From the NCBI GenBank assembly GCA_030017475.1, contig JASEIO010000001.1, forward strand, positions 13,495 to 77,494: a stretch of 64,000 nt of DNA. The letters are read 5' to 3'. This stretch comes from a bacterium. Lineage in GTDB: Bacteria > UBA9089 > JASEIO01. Positions 48,296 through 58,276 of the stretch are shown piece by piece (the stretch's first letter is position 1; every line of letters starts with the position of its first letter). The notes beneath the pieces are model-generated. The model ran no database searches, was not told where the DNA came from, and saw only the letters and a program-made list of their open reading frames with translations. A program made the position numbers and the translations under genes.

Positions 48296-49411
48296 TTGAT
48301 GTCAGGTGGAGGATTGACAAGTAAAAAGGAAATGGGATCGGTTATCGAGGCTATTAAATGGGTTAATGGAAGGTTAGAAATTTTGGATCAGACAAGATTG
48401 CCTTTTCAATTTACTAATTTAGTCTGTCAGACTCCAGAGGAGGTTAGAGAGGCAATCAGAAAGCTTCGGGTAAGGGGGGCACCTTTAATAGGAATTGTTG
48501 GAGCATATGGGGTGGTTTTAGGGATTCAAAATTCTGAAAGCTCTAATTATATAGAGTTTAAAAATGAGCTTGATACTGTGATTAATCTATTAAAAGACTC
48601 TCGTCCTACAGCTCAAAATCTTTTCTGGGCTCTAAATAGGATGCAGAGGTGTTGTGAAAGAAATAGGAATAAGGAGATTTCTGTTTTGAAGGAATTGCTA
48701 AAAAAGGAGGCAGTGAAGATTCATCAAGATGATAAAAAAAGGTGTTTAAGGATAGGTGAGAATGGCGCCCAATTAATTCGAGAAGGAGATACAATTCTTA
48801 CCCATTGTAATGCTGGGGCTTTGGCTACTGGCGGTATCGGGACAGCTTTAGGTGTTATTTATACTGCAAATAGAGAAGGAAAGGGAATAAAGGTTTTTGT
48901 AGACGAAACCCGTCCCTTATTACAAGGAGCTCGATTAACTGCCTGGGAACTTAAGCATGCAGGTATTCCAGTTACATTGATTTGTGACAATATGGTAGGA
49001 TGGGTTATGAAAAAGGGTTTAATAGATTGTTGTATTGTAGGAGCCGATAGGATTGCGTCAAATGGCGATACAGCTAATAAAATTGGCACTTATAATATTT
49101 CAGTATTGGCTTGCCATCACAAGATTCCATTTTATATAGCAGCTCCAATATCAACCTTTGACTTAAATCTAAAAGATGGATCGGAAATTCCTATTGAAGA
49201 GAGAGGGGAGGAAGAGGTAATCAATTGGCATGGAAAGAGGATTGCTCCAAAAGATATAGATGTGTATACACCTGCATTTGACGTAACCCCAGGAGAATAT
49301 ATAACAGCAATAATTACTGAACATGGCATTATTTATCCACCTTATAAAGAAAACCTTAAAGTAATTGCTAATAAAATTGGTGAGAATTCACAGATAAACA
49401 TAGATAAATGA
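48296..49411 (+). CDS. mtnA: methylthioribose-1-phosphate isomerase (eIF-2B alpha/beta/delta family)
   Basis: 371 aa e2B2/MtnA-type fold (TRPTAQNL ... CNAGALAT ... VGADRIASNGDTANKIGT). Confidence 0.8.
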   Translation: MMSGGGLTSKKEMGSVIEAIKWVNGRLEILDQTRLPFQFTNLVCQTPEEVREAIRKLRVRGAPLIGIVGAYGVVLGIQNSESSNYIEFKNELDTVINLLKDSRPTAQNLFWALNRMQRCCERNRNKEISVLKELLKKEAVKIHQDDKKRCLRIGENGAQLIREGDTILTHCNAGALATGGIGTALGVIYTANREGKGIKVFVDETRPLLQGARLTAWELKHAGIPVTLICDNMVGWVMKKGLIDCCIVGADRIASNGDTANKIGTYNISVLACHHKIPFYIAAPISTFDLNLKDGSEIPIEERGEEEVINWHGKRIAPKDIDVYTPAFDVTPGEYITAIITEHGIIYPPYKENLKVIANKIGENSQINIDK

Positions 49412-49475
49412 AAAAGAGATACCAATGAGATTTTGCCTTAAAGATCTTATTTATGGTAGTGGAGGTTAGAAATCC

Positions 49476-50342
49476 ATGGATGAGGTAAAGATAGGGATTA
49501 TCGGTGGGAGTGGATTATATAAAATGGAAGGTTTGAAGGAGATTAAGCTACTCAAAGTATCTACACCTTTTGGTTCGCCTTCGGATGAGATAGTTATTGG
49601 AGAGATAGAAGGAGAAAGGATTGCTTTTTTACCAAGACATGGAAGAGGTCATCGGGTGCTCCCAGGAGAAGTAAACTCCCTTGCTAATATATATGCCTTA
49701 AAAAGTTTAGGTGTTGAAAGAATAATTGGAGTATCAGCTGTTGGGAGTTTAAAAGGGGAATTACGGCCTTTAGATATAGTTATTCCTGATCAACTGTTTG
49801 ATCATACAAAAGGCAGACCTCATACCTTTTTTGGGAATGGAATAGTTGTCCATATTGAATTTGCTGATCCTTACTGCCCTGATTTAAATAAATTTTTGAT
49901 AGAAATATGTATAACTTTAGGTTATAGAGTACATTCTAAAGGGGTATATGTTTGCATTGAAGGTCCACAGTTCTCTACCCGCGCAGAATCGCAAGTATTT
50001 AGAAGACTTGGAATGGATATAATTGGGATGACTAACATGCCAGAGGCAAAGCTTGCTCGAGAGGCAGAAATTTGTTATTCCACAATCGCTATAGTTACAG
50101 ACTATGACGTTTGGCATGCTAAATCAAGTGATGTAACAGTAGATTTGGTAATTAAAAATTTATTGGAGGGTGTTAAAAAGGCGAAAGAGATAATAAAGAT
50201 GCTTGTTCCACTTGTTCGAAATAAAAAAAGGGAGTGTAAATGTGCTACCGCTTTGAAAGATGCTATAATTACGAATCCTAAACTAATTTCTGAGGAGAGA
50301 AAGAGGCAACTTAATTTGATAATTGGAAGATACATTAAATAA
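49476..50342 (+). CDS. mtnP: S-methyl-5'-thioadenosine phosphorylase
   Basis: 288 aa PNP/MTAP family (IGIIGGSGLY, GMTNMPEAKLAREAEICYSTIA). Confidence 0.85.
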   Translation: MDEVKIGIIGGSGLYKMEGLKEIKLLKVSTPFGSPSDEIVIGEIEGERIAFLPRHGRGHRVLPGEVNSLANIYALKSLGVERIIGVSAVGSLKGELRPLDIVIPDQLFDHTKGRPHTFFGNGIVVHIEFADPYCPDLNKFLIEICITLGYRVHSKGVYVCIEGPQFSTRAESQVFRRLGMDIIGMTNMPEAKLAREAEICYSTIAIVTDYDVWHAKSSDVTVDLVIKNLLEGVKKAKEIIKMLVPLVRNKKRECKCATALKDAIITNPKLISEERKRQLNLIIGRYIK

Positions 50343-50394
50343 TCCTTTTCTTTTAAAAAAGAAAAAGCGACACAAAAAGAACACTGGCCAGAAG

Positions 50395-51420
50395 ATGTTG
50401 ATTCGAGAAAGGTTTGAGCAATTTGAGAAAGAGACCTTGTCTCCCTTTGCCACTTTATCCTCTCGCTCGAAAGGAAGAAGATACGAGGAGGAAGAGTGTA
50501 TTATTAGAACCTGTTTTCAGAGAGATAGAGATAGGATTGTTCATTCTAAATCCTTCCGTCAATTAAAACACAAAACCCAGGTCTTTTTGATTCCAATAAA
50601 AGAGTCTATTCGTACCCGTCTTACACACACCATTGAAGTTTCCCAGATTGCTAGGACAATTGCCAAGGCATTACTGCTAAATGAAGATTTAACAGAGGCT
50701 ATCTCTTTAGGCCATGATTTAGGACATCCTCCATTTGGACATATAGGAGAAGTTGCCTTGAATGGAATATATAAGAATGGCTTTAAGCATTCAGAACAAT
50801 CGCTACGTATTGTGGAAATTTTGGAAAAGGAAGGACAGGGTTTAAACTTGACCTATGAGGTAAAGGATGGGATTTTAAAGCACTCTCGTGGATCCCAAAG
50901 TCTATTTATTGATGAAGGAAGATCTATGACCTTAGAAGGTGATATAGTTAGATTAGCAGATTCAATTGCCTATATAAATCATGATATTGAAGATGCGATA
51001 AATGCTGGAATTATTGAAATGAAGGATCTCCCAAGGGAAGCAATCCGAGTCTTGGGAGAGAGATCATCCGAGCGTATTGATCGAATGGTTAAAGATGTAA
51101 TTGAAACAAGCTATGGGAAAGATGTAATATCAATGAGTAGAGAAATCATGGATTTTACAGATGAATTGAGGAATTATCTTTATAGCTGCGTTTATACAAG
51201 AAATGAAATTCAAAAAGAGGCCCAGAAAGCAAGAAGGGTTTTAGAGGAGCTATTCAACTATTTTTGCAAAAATCCCGAAGAGGTTTTGGAGAGTTTACCT
51301 TTTCTTTCGCCTGAAGAGGGAATAGATCGAATAATCTGTGACTACTTGGCAGGGATGAGTGATCAGGAGGCATTGTTGAGGTATGAGGAGATATTTTTGC
51401 CAAGGCCAGGGGTATTTTAA
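50395..51420 (+). CDS. HD-domain dGTP triphosphohydrolase-like protein
   Basis: About 341 aa. HD motifs RLTHTIEVSQIAR and HDLGHPPFGH (dGTPase-like family). ATG 50395 chosen; the ORF track's upstream extension overlaps mtnP. Confidence 0.8.
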   Translation: MLIRERFEQFEKETLSPFATLSSRSKGRRYEEEECIIRTCFQRDRDRIVHSKSFRQLKHKTQVFLIPIKESIRTRLTHTIEVSQIARTIAKALLLNEDLTEAISLGHDLGHPPFGHIGEVALNGIYKNGFKHSEQSLRIVEILEKEGQGLNLTYEVKDGILKHSRGSQSLFIDEGRSMTLEGDIVRLADSIAYINHDIEDAINAGIIEMKDLPREAIRVLGERSSERIDRMVKDVIETSYGKDVISMSREIMDFTDELRNYLYSCVYTRNEIQKEAQKARRVLEELFNYFCKNPEEVLESLPFLSPEEGIDRIICDYLAGMSDQEALLRYEEIFLPRPGVF

Positions 51421-51430
51421 AGTAATAATT

Positions 51431-51535
51431 ACAAAAATTGTTACAAGAATTATTGGATGACAAATTTTGTAATTGCGATTGACAATTATTGTCAAACCAG
51501 GACAAGAGAGGTTTGGTAGTGAGTACAAGATTTGT
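51431..51535 (+). promoter_or_regulatory. array of four ACAA-N3-TTGT inverted-repeat operator-like sites upstream of the STAND-TPR gene
   Basis: ACAAaaaTTGT (51431-41), ACAAattTTGT (51460-70), TTGACAATtATTGTCAA (51479-95, perfect 8-bp arms) and ACAAgatTTGT (51525-35, overlapping the gene start). Confidence 0.4.
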
Positions 51536-51546
51536 TAGGTTTTATA

Positions 51547-53733
51547 ATGATAGGGATTTTTCTCGTTATCGTAGTAATTGCACCTATCCTTTACTTTATC
51601 TTTAGCTATAGAAAGAAGGATGAAAGAGGGAAGGTTTCTACGGATTTACCACTTCCATTTAGAATCTCATCCCTTGGTTCTGAGCCTATTTTGGATCCGC
51701 CCAATTTTATAGGAAGGGAGGATGAGCTTTTTAAATTAAAAGAAAACCTTAGGTACAAAAGTGTAATAATCATTAAGGGTAAAGAAGGGGTTGGAAAGAC
51801 AAGTTTAGGCGCAAAATTTTGCAAGGAGCTCTCTTCAGATTATTCGACCTTTTGGTATACAGCCTGTGAAGATACAGATATTGAAGGTATATTTCTAAAA
51901 CTTAATCAATTTCTTGAGCAAAAAGGGGATAGATTTTTTTCCCAAATCTTTATTCTCCCCGAAATAGAAATAAAGGGTAAAATTGATTTGTTAATAAAGA
52001 GGTTAGAAAAGAAAAGATATATTTTATTTATTGATAATTACCATTTGATAATGGATAATAGGGTATTTCATATGATAGATCGTTTTTCTAAGGAACTAAA
52101 TGTTTCCAAGGTAGTTATAATTACTTCAGAAAAGCTTACCTTAGCCCAGGACAAAATTTTTGAGTTGGAACTTCAGGGGTTTAATCTGAATGATTCAATC
52201 CTATTTTTAAAAACTTGCGGGTTAGAAAAAGGCGATTTAGAAAAGATATCTAACAAGTTTCAAGGTAATCCTTTAGCCTTAAAGTTAATAGCCTCGGAAA
52301 AAGACGCAAGGTCAGTTTTTGATGAGGTAAGCGGAAGAAATATTAGAGATATAATAGATATAAGATATAATAGGTTAAATGAAGACGAGAGGAATTTAAT
52401 CTCAAGGTTATCTGTATTTAATGAAGAGGTGCCATTTGAGGCTTGCAAATATCTGTATAAAAGGACAAATTTGCTTAAGATTATAAAAGATCTGGAATCT
52501 TTGGCTTTAATCACTGAACATAATGGAAATTATTCATTACATTCAGAAATAAGAGACCTTTGTTATGAGAAACTTTTTCAAAAAGAAAGATATCATAAAG
52601 CAGCAGCGAAATATTACGGAGATGCGAATGCGGCTTTAAAGGAAAAAAGAATGGAGGCAGTTCTTGAAGAATCTCACCATTATTTTAAAGCAGAGGATTA
52701 TTCTTCTTCATTAGATCTTTTAATCTCTAATTTAAACCAAATGGTTTTAGGTGGGTATTCGTCTCTTCTTTATGCCCGGTTACTAAAATTTAAGAGGAGT
52801 AACCTTACAGACAAAGAGTGGTTAAAAGTTTCTCAAGCCAAAGGCGAGATTAATAATTTCCGGGGGTTTTTTGATGAGGCTATTTCAAATTTTACTGAGA
52901 TGTTACGGATAGCAGAAAATGGTAAATCAAGAAACGACCTTTCTCTTTCATATCATGGGCTGGGAAGTGCTTACCGTTTAAAGGGCGATTTGAATCAAGC
53001 CATTTCTTATTATGAAAGGAGTCTGCGTGTTTTTGAAGAAGAGGAGCCTATTAAACGAGAAAGTCCTGTCTATAGACAGAGTTTTGGTTCAGTTTATAAA
53101 GGTAGAGGAAGATGGGATGAGGGAATAAGGTACTACATTGGTTATCGTAAACGCGATTTTGATCTGCACGAGGAAAGTAATATAATTGCTATAATTTATG
53201 CAGACTTGGGGCTGATTTATCTTAAAAAGGGAGAGTTTGAGCAGGCGATTTCATGTTTTGAGAAAGGATTGGATTTTTCTTTAAAAGAGGAGGATTTAAT
53301 AGGTAAGGTAATAAGTATTACAGATTTAGGTGTTGCCTATCATCTAATGGAGGAATATGATAGGGCTATATCTTATTATGAGGAGAGTTTATCTTTATGG
53401 AAAGAAATAGGGAATGTAAATAGAACTGGCTCTATTTATAATAACCTGGGAACTATTTATCAGAATAAAAGAGAGATGGAGCAGGCAATCAAAAATTTTG
53501 AAAATAGTTTGGAGATATGGAGAAGAATTGGAAATTTATTCGAAGAAGCAGAAGTTTTAAGATCCCTTGGCGCAATTTACGAAAAGATAGGGGATTATCT
53601 CAAGGCAATCGATTATTACAAGAAAAGTATTGAGATATTTGAAAATATTGGAAGAGAAGATGAACTTCCATCTCTTTATGAAAAGATAAATATAGCCACT
53701 GAGATATTGGAGAAGGAAAGGAAGAAGGGATAA
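51547..53733 (+). CDS. membrane-anchored STAND/NB-ARC-type NTPase with C-terminal TPR repeats
   Basis: N-terminal TM helix IGIFLVIVVIAPILYFIF. P-loop GKEGVGKTSL with hhhhD Walker B ILFIDNYH. At least five TPR units (LGSAYRLKGDLNQAISYYERSL, LGLIYLKKGEFEQAISCFEKGL, LGVAYHLMEEYDRAISYYEESL, LGTIYQNKREMEQAIKNFENSL, LGAIYEKIGDYLKAIDYYKKSI). The ORF track starts at TTG 51532. Confidence 0.7.
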   Translation: MIGIFLVIVVIAPILYFIFSYRKKDERGKVSTDLPLPFRISSLGSEPILDPPNFIGREDELFKLKENLRYKSVIIIKGKEGVGKTSLGAKFCKELSSDYSTFWYTACEDTDIEGIFLKLNQFLEQKGDRFFSQIFILPEIEIKGKIDLLIKRLEKKRYILFIDNYHLIMDNRVFHMIDRFSKELNVSKVVIITSEKLTLAQDKIFELELQGFNLNDSILFLKTCGLEKGDLEKISNKFQGNPLALKLIASEKDARSVFDEVSGRNIRDIIDIRYNRLNEDERNLISRLSVFNEEVPFEACKYLYKRTNLLKIIKDLESLALITEHNGNYSLHSEIRDLCYEKLFQKERYHKAAAKYYGDANAALKEKRMEAVLEESHHYFKAEDYSSSLDLLISNLNQMVLGGYSSLLYARLLKFKRSNLTDKEWLKVSQAKGEINNFRGFFDEAISNFTEMLRIAENGKSRNDLSLSYHGLGSAYRLKGDLNQAISYYERSLRVFEEEEPIKRESPVYRQSFGSVYKGRGRWDEGIRYYIGYRKRDFDLHEESNIIAIIYADLGLIYLKKGEFEQAISCFEKGLDFSLKEEDLIGKVISITDLGVAYHLMEEYDRAISYYEESLSLWKEIGNVNRTGSIYNNLGTIYQNKREMEQAIKNFENSLEIWRRIGNLFEEAEVLRSLGAIYEKIGDYLKAIDYYKKSIEIFENIGREDELPSLYEKINIATEILEKERKKG

Positions 53734-53775
53734 TTTTTCTTGACGCAATCTGTTTATAAAAGGAGGCTAAGAAAG

Positions 53776-55536
53776 ATGGTTTATGATCCAACGAAACTCA
53801 AGGATTGGCAGATTGCTGAAGAGGCAGAAAAGAATATGCCAACACCTTCGGAGTGGAGAGAAAGGTTAGGACTTGAAAGGGATGAAATCATTCCTTATGG
53901 AAGGATATGCAAGCTCGATTTTCTAAAGATTATTGAGCGGTTAAAAGACCGGCCCGACGGCAAATATATAGATGTTACTGCTATTACCCCAACCCCTTTT
54001 GGTGAGGGAAAGACTACAACTACTATTGGCTTGATAGAAGGCTTAGGTAAAAGGGGTAAGAATGTAGGTGGCTGCATACGCCAACCCTCTGGTGGTCCTA
54101 CTATGAATATCAAGGGTACAGCTGCAGGCGGTGGTAATGCCCTGCTCATTCCAATGACTGAGTTTTCTTTAGGATTAACCGGTGATATTGATGCCATTAC
54201 CAATGCGCACAATTTGGCTATGGTAGCTTTGACCGCAAGACTTCAGCATGAGGCAAACTATTCAGATGAAGAACTTGCAAAACGTAACCTGAAACGACTA
54301 AACATTGATCCAAGAAGGGTAGAGATGGGTTGGGTACTTGACCTCTGTGCCCAAGCCTTACGCAACATCATTATCGGTATTGGTGGTAAGATGGATGGTT
54401 TCATGATGGAGTCAAGTTTTGGTATTACAGTCAGTTCTGAGCTTATGGCCATTCTTTCTATTGTTCGAGATTTAAAGGATTTGCGGGAGCGTTTGGGTAA
54501 GATCATAGTAGCTTATGACAAGAAGGGGAAGCCCATAACTACTTCTGATTTAGAAGTCGCTGGTGCTATGTGTGCCTGGATGAGAAATACAATCAATCCC
54601 ACATTGATATCGACAGTGGAGTATCAACCATGTATGGTCCATGCAGGTCCATTTGCAAATATTGCCGTTGGTCAGTCATCCATCATAGGGGATCGCATTG
54701 GTTTGAAGATATTCGACTACCACGTAACAGAGAGTGGATTCGGCGCAGATATAGGTTTTGAGAAATTCTGGAATGTGAAATGTCGCTTTAGTGGACTCGT
54801 TCCCAATGCTGTTGTAATCGTTGCTACAATAAGGGCATTGAAGATGCACGGCGGAGGACCCGAGGTAGTGCCTGGCAGACCTCTTCCGCAGGAATACCAG
54901 GAAAAGAATTTGGGGTTGATTGATAAAGGGGTTTTGAATCTCCTGCATCACATAAATAATGTGAAGAAATCAGGGGCTAAACCTGTTGTTTGTATCAATT
55001 GTTTCCCTACGGATACCGACGAAGAGATTGCTTTGGTTTGTAAGTATGTTGAGGAGACAGGAACTCGATGTGTACTCTCCAAGCACTGGCTTGAAGGTGG
55101 AGAGGGTGCCCTTGAACTGGCAGATGCAGTCATTGATGCATGTAACGAAGAGGTTGATTTTAAATACCTCTATCCATTGGAGATGCCGCTTCGGGAGAGA
55201 GTCGATCTGATTGCAAAAGAGATATATGGTGCAGATGGAGTCTCTTGGACACCTGAGGCAGAGGCAAAGGCCAAGGAGTTAGAGAGAAATCCTACGATGC
55301 AGGACTTCTCTACAATGATGGTCAAGACTCACTTAAGCCTTACCCATGACCCGACAATAAAAGGAACACCCAAGGGCTGGATTCTGCCAATACGTGATGT
55401 CTTAGTATTTGCAGGTGCAAAGTTCCTCTGCCCTTGTGCAGGTACTATCAAACTGATGCCAGGAACGGGTTCTGACCCAGCATTCAGAAGGGTGGATGTG
55501 GATGTGGATACAGGGAAGGTTACAGGTCTTTTCTGA
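53776..55536 (+). CDS. fhs: formate--tetrahydrofolate ligase
   Basis: About 586 aa. FTHFS motifs [15 protein letters not shown] and [16 protein letters not shown] 53776 follows AGGAGG. Confidence 0.9.
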   Translation: MVYDPTKLKDWQIAEEAEKNMPTPSEWRERLGLERDEIIPYGRICKLDFLKIIERLKDRPDGKYIDVTAITPTPFGEGKTTTTIGLIEGLGKRGKNVGGCIRQPSGGPTMNIKGTAAGGGNALLIPMTEFSLGLTGDIDAITNAHNLAMVALTARLQHEANYSDEELAKRNLKRLNIDPRRVEMGWVLDLCAQALRNIIIGIGGKMDGFMMESSFGITVSSELMAILSIVRDLKDLRERLGKIIVAYDKKGKPITTSDLEVAGAMCAWMRNTINPTLISTVEYQPCMVHAGPFANIAVGQSSIIGDRIGLKIFDYHVTESGFGADIGFEKFWNVKCRFSGLVPNAVVIVATIRALKMHGGGPEVVPGRPLPQEYQEKNLGLIDKGVLNLLHHINNVKKSGAKPVVCINCFPTDTDEEIALVCKYVEETGTRCVLSKHWLEGGEGALELADAVIDACNEEVDFKYLYPLEMPLRERVDLIAKEIYGADGVSWTPEAEAKAKELERNPTMQDFSTMMVKTHLSLTHDPTIKGTPKGWILPIRDVLVFAGAKFLCPCAGTIKLMPGTGSDPAFRRVDVDVDTGKVTGLF

Positions 55537-55550
55537 GAAAGCTCTGGGCA

Positions 55551-57398
55551 ATGGATTCCAAAATTTGTCAAGAGATGAGGTATACTGTTCATTTTTATCC
55601 TGATGATGTGAAGGTAGTTGTCTATGCGGGAACTACTGTACTTCAAGCAGCAATTGATGCATCAATTTATATCCCCTCTTCCTGTGGTGGAGAAGGTCTC
55701 TGTGGAAGATGTAAAATAATTATTGATAAACAAGAGGTTTTAGCCTGCAGGACTCAGGTAGATACCGATTTAGAAGTAAGAATCCCTCCCGTTTTAGATA
55801 GAAAGAGATTGGCTAAAAAAAGGGTTGTCTTACCTATAAAAAAACAAGGGCTAAATCCCATTACCAAGAAATTATACCTCGAGCTTCCTTTCCCAAAACC
55901 TGGGGATAATATAGATGACCTTTATAGGTTAATCCAGGGGATTAAAAAAGAATGCGGTATTTCCCCCTCTATTGAATTTCCAATAATTCAAAAACTTTCC
56001 AAAACCCTTAGAGAGGAAAGGTTTAAGGTTACTGTTAGTTTGCTTGATGTAAATGAGAAGCCTACTATTGTAAATGTAGAACCAGGAGATACAAGATCTA
56101 ATCACTATTCAATAGCCTTAGATATTGGTACTACTTCCATCTATGCTCAATTGTTAGATTTAGAGGAAGGTAAGGTGTTGGCTGAAACCTCCTGTTTTAA
56201 TCCTCAAATCGTTTGTGGAGAAGATATTATTTCAAGGATTGTGTATTCTTTAAAACCAGGGAATTTAAAGAGGTTACAAGAGTTAGTGGTAAAAGCCATA
56301 AATGAAATAGTGGAGGATTTAACTCATGTTGCCAAAATTGAGAAGTCAGATATTAATCAAATAGTAGTAGCTGGAAATACCACTATGATTCATCTATTAT
56401 TGGGGATAGATCCAAGGTATATTAGAGAATCCCCTTATACCCCAACCTGTAATTTTATTCCTCCTGTCAGGGCGAAGGAGATAGGGATAGATCTTCCTCC
56501 TTATGCCTATATCTACATCATACCTTCAATAGCGAGTTTCATAGGAGGGGATATCACCTCAGGGATTTTAGCCTCAAAGTTATACGAAACGCAAGAACTT
56601 TCCCTTTATATCGATATTGGAACAAATGGAGAGATAGTTTTGGGGAATAGAGAGATGCTCGTAGCATGTTCTTGTTCTGCTGGTCCTGCCTTTGAAGGTG
56701 GAGGAGTAAGTTGCGGTACATTTGCTACCTTTGGAGCAATTGAGAGGGTAAGAATTGATAGGGATTATGAGCCAGAGATAGAGACTATTGGAGGAGTAAA
56801 ACCAAAAGGCATCTGTGGATCTGGATTGATTGATACCTTGGCAGAACTTTTAATGAATAAAATCATTTCTCAAAATGGTAAGTTTAATGAGGATCTGAAA
56901 ACAAAAAGGGTGAGGAAAAAGGAAGGTGGTTTTGAATACGTAATCTGTTGGAAGGATGAAAATGACTTAGACCATGATATTGTTTTGACTGAAGTAGATA
57001 TTGATAATTTGATGAGAGCAAAGGCAGCAATTTATGCTGGGATCTCTTTATTGCTTGAAAAGCTTGAATTAACCCTTTCGGATATTTCAAAGATTATAAT
57101 TTCAGGAAATTTTGGACAATATATTGATCTAAGAAATGCCCATATAATTGGGTTATTTCCAGAGGTATCCCTTGATAGATTTGAATATATTGGAAATGGC
57201 TCACTTTTAGGGGCAAGATTATGCTCCTTTTCTAAAGATATGCTGAATCAGACAAGGGAGATAGCGAATTCTGTTACCAATATAGAGCTGTCGGATAATC
57301 CACGGTTTTATGACGAGTATCTACAGGCATTATTTTTACCACATACCAATATGGAGGAATTTCCAGGAGTCAGCGAAAAACTAAAAAAGAGGGCATAA
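55551..57398 (+). CDS. reductive activator of corrinoid Fe-S protein (RACo-like: 2Fe-2S ferredoxin domain plus ASKHA ATPase domain)
   Basis: 615 aa. N-terminal plant-type ferredoxin fold with CGGEGLCGRCK ... C. C-terminal actin-like ATPase (DIGTTS, DIGTNGE, GSGL). Sits within the fhs/folD/acsC/acsE cluster. Confidence 0.7.
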   Translation: MDSKICQEMRYTVHFYPDDVKVVVYAGTTVLQAAIDASIYIPSSCGGEGLCGRCKIIIDKQEVLACRTQVDTDLEVRIPPVLDRKRLAKKRVVLPIKKQGLNPITKKLYLELPFPKPGDNIDDLYRLIQGIKKECGISPSIEFPIIQKLSKTLREERFKVTVSLLDVNEKPTIVNVEPGDTRSNHYSIALDIGTTSIYAQLLDLEEGKVLAETSCFNPQIVCGEDIISRIVYSLKPGNLKRLQELVVKAINEIVEDLTHVAKIEKSDINQIVVAGNTTMIHLLLGIDPRYIRESPYTPTCNFIPPVRAKEIGIDLPPYAYIYIIPSIASFIGGDITSGILASKLYETQELSLYIDIGTNGEIVLGNREMLVACSCSAGPAFEGGGVSCGTFATFGAIERVRIDRDYEPEIETIGGVKPKGICGSGLIDTLAELLMNKIISQNGKFNEDLKTKRVRKKEGGFEYVICWKDENDLDHDIVLTEVDIDNLMRAKAAIYAGISLLLEKLELTLSDISKIIISGNFGQYIDLRNAHIIGLFPEVSLDRFEYIGNGSLLGARLCSFSKDMLNQTREIANSVTNIELSDNPRFYDEYLQALFLPHTNMEEFPGVSEKLKKRA

Positions 57399-58276
57399 TG
57401 GGTGCAAAAATTATAAGTGGCGAGGAAATCTCTGAGGAGATTAGGAAAGGGTTGCGAGAGGAGATTAACAGGCTAAAAGAAAGAGGAGTGGTTCCAGGAC
57501 TTGCCACTCTCCTTGTTGGGGAAGATCCAGCTTCCCAGGTTTATGTTAGATCGAAAAGACGAGCTTGTGAGAAAGTTGGTATTCATACAGAACAGTATAC
57601 CTTTCCTGCTACGATTAAAGAAAAAGAGTTGTTAGGTAAGATTTCAGAACTTAACGAGAGGCATGACATAAATGGAATCTTGGTTCAACTTCCACTGCCT
57701 CCACAAATTGATTCTAATAGGGTCCTACTGTCTATTTCACCTGATAAGGATGTGGATGGATTTCATCCTATAAATGTAGGGAGGTATATGAGTATGAAAT
57801 ATTTCGATCAAATGATTGAGGAGGAATTATTCCTTCCATGTACTCCTCATGGGATTATTGAGATATTGAAAAGGACAGGTGTAGAATTAAAAGGGGCGGA
57901 GGCTGTAGTTGTAGGTCGGTCAAATATTGTAGGAAAACCAGTAGCATTGTTATTACTTGCCAATAATGCCACAGTAACTGTTTGCCATACTGGTACTAAA
58001 GATCTCGGAGAGGTCTGTAGAAGAGCTGATGTATTAATTGCTGCTATTGGCAGACCAAAGTTTATTCGAGGGGAGATGGTAAAGCAGGGTGCTGTGGTTA
58101 TTGATGTAGGAGTGAATAGAACCGAAGAAGGTTTGGTTGGTGATGTTTCGTTCCTGGAAGTTAAGGAAAAGGCATCCGCTATTACACCAGTTCCAGGTGG
58201 AGTGGGTCCAATGACTGTTACAATGCTTTTGGTAAATACAGTAAAGGCAGCTAAAAGACAGGAGAGTGGTGGGTAA
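57398..58276 (+). CDS. folD: bifunctional methylene-THF dehydrogenase / methenyl-THF cyclohydrolase
   Basis: 292 aa. GKPVALLL NAD(P)-binding motif; PVPGGVGPMT cyclohydrolase motif. Confidence 0.9.
   Translation: MGAKIISGEEISEEIRKGLREEINRLKERGVVPGLATLLVGEDPASQVYVRSKRRACEKVGIHTEQYTFPATIKEKELLGKISELNERHDINGILVQLPLPPQIDSNRVLLSISPDKDVDGFHPINVGRYMSMKYFDQMIEEELFLPCTPHGIIEILKRTGVELKGAEAVVVGRSNIVGKPVALLLLANNATVTVCHTGTKDLGEVCRRADVLIAAIGRPKFIRGEMVKQGAVVIDVGVNRTEEGLVGDVSFLEVKEKASAITPVPGGVGPMTVTMLLVNTVKAAKRQESGG

Noticed and set aside
53740-53775. Promoter-like TTGACG at 53740-53745 with TATAAA 9 nt downstream, and the TTG-start extension of fhs
   Set aside because: The -35/-10 spacing of 9 nt is incompatible with sigma-70. 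ATG 53776 with AGGAGG 9 nt upstream is the convincing fhs start.
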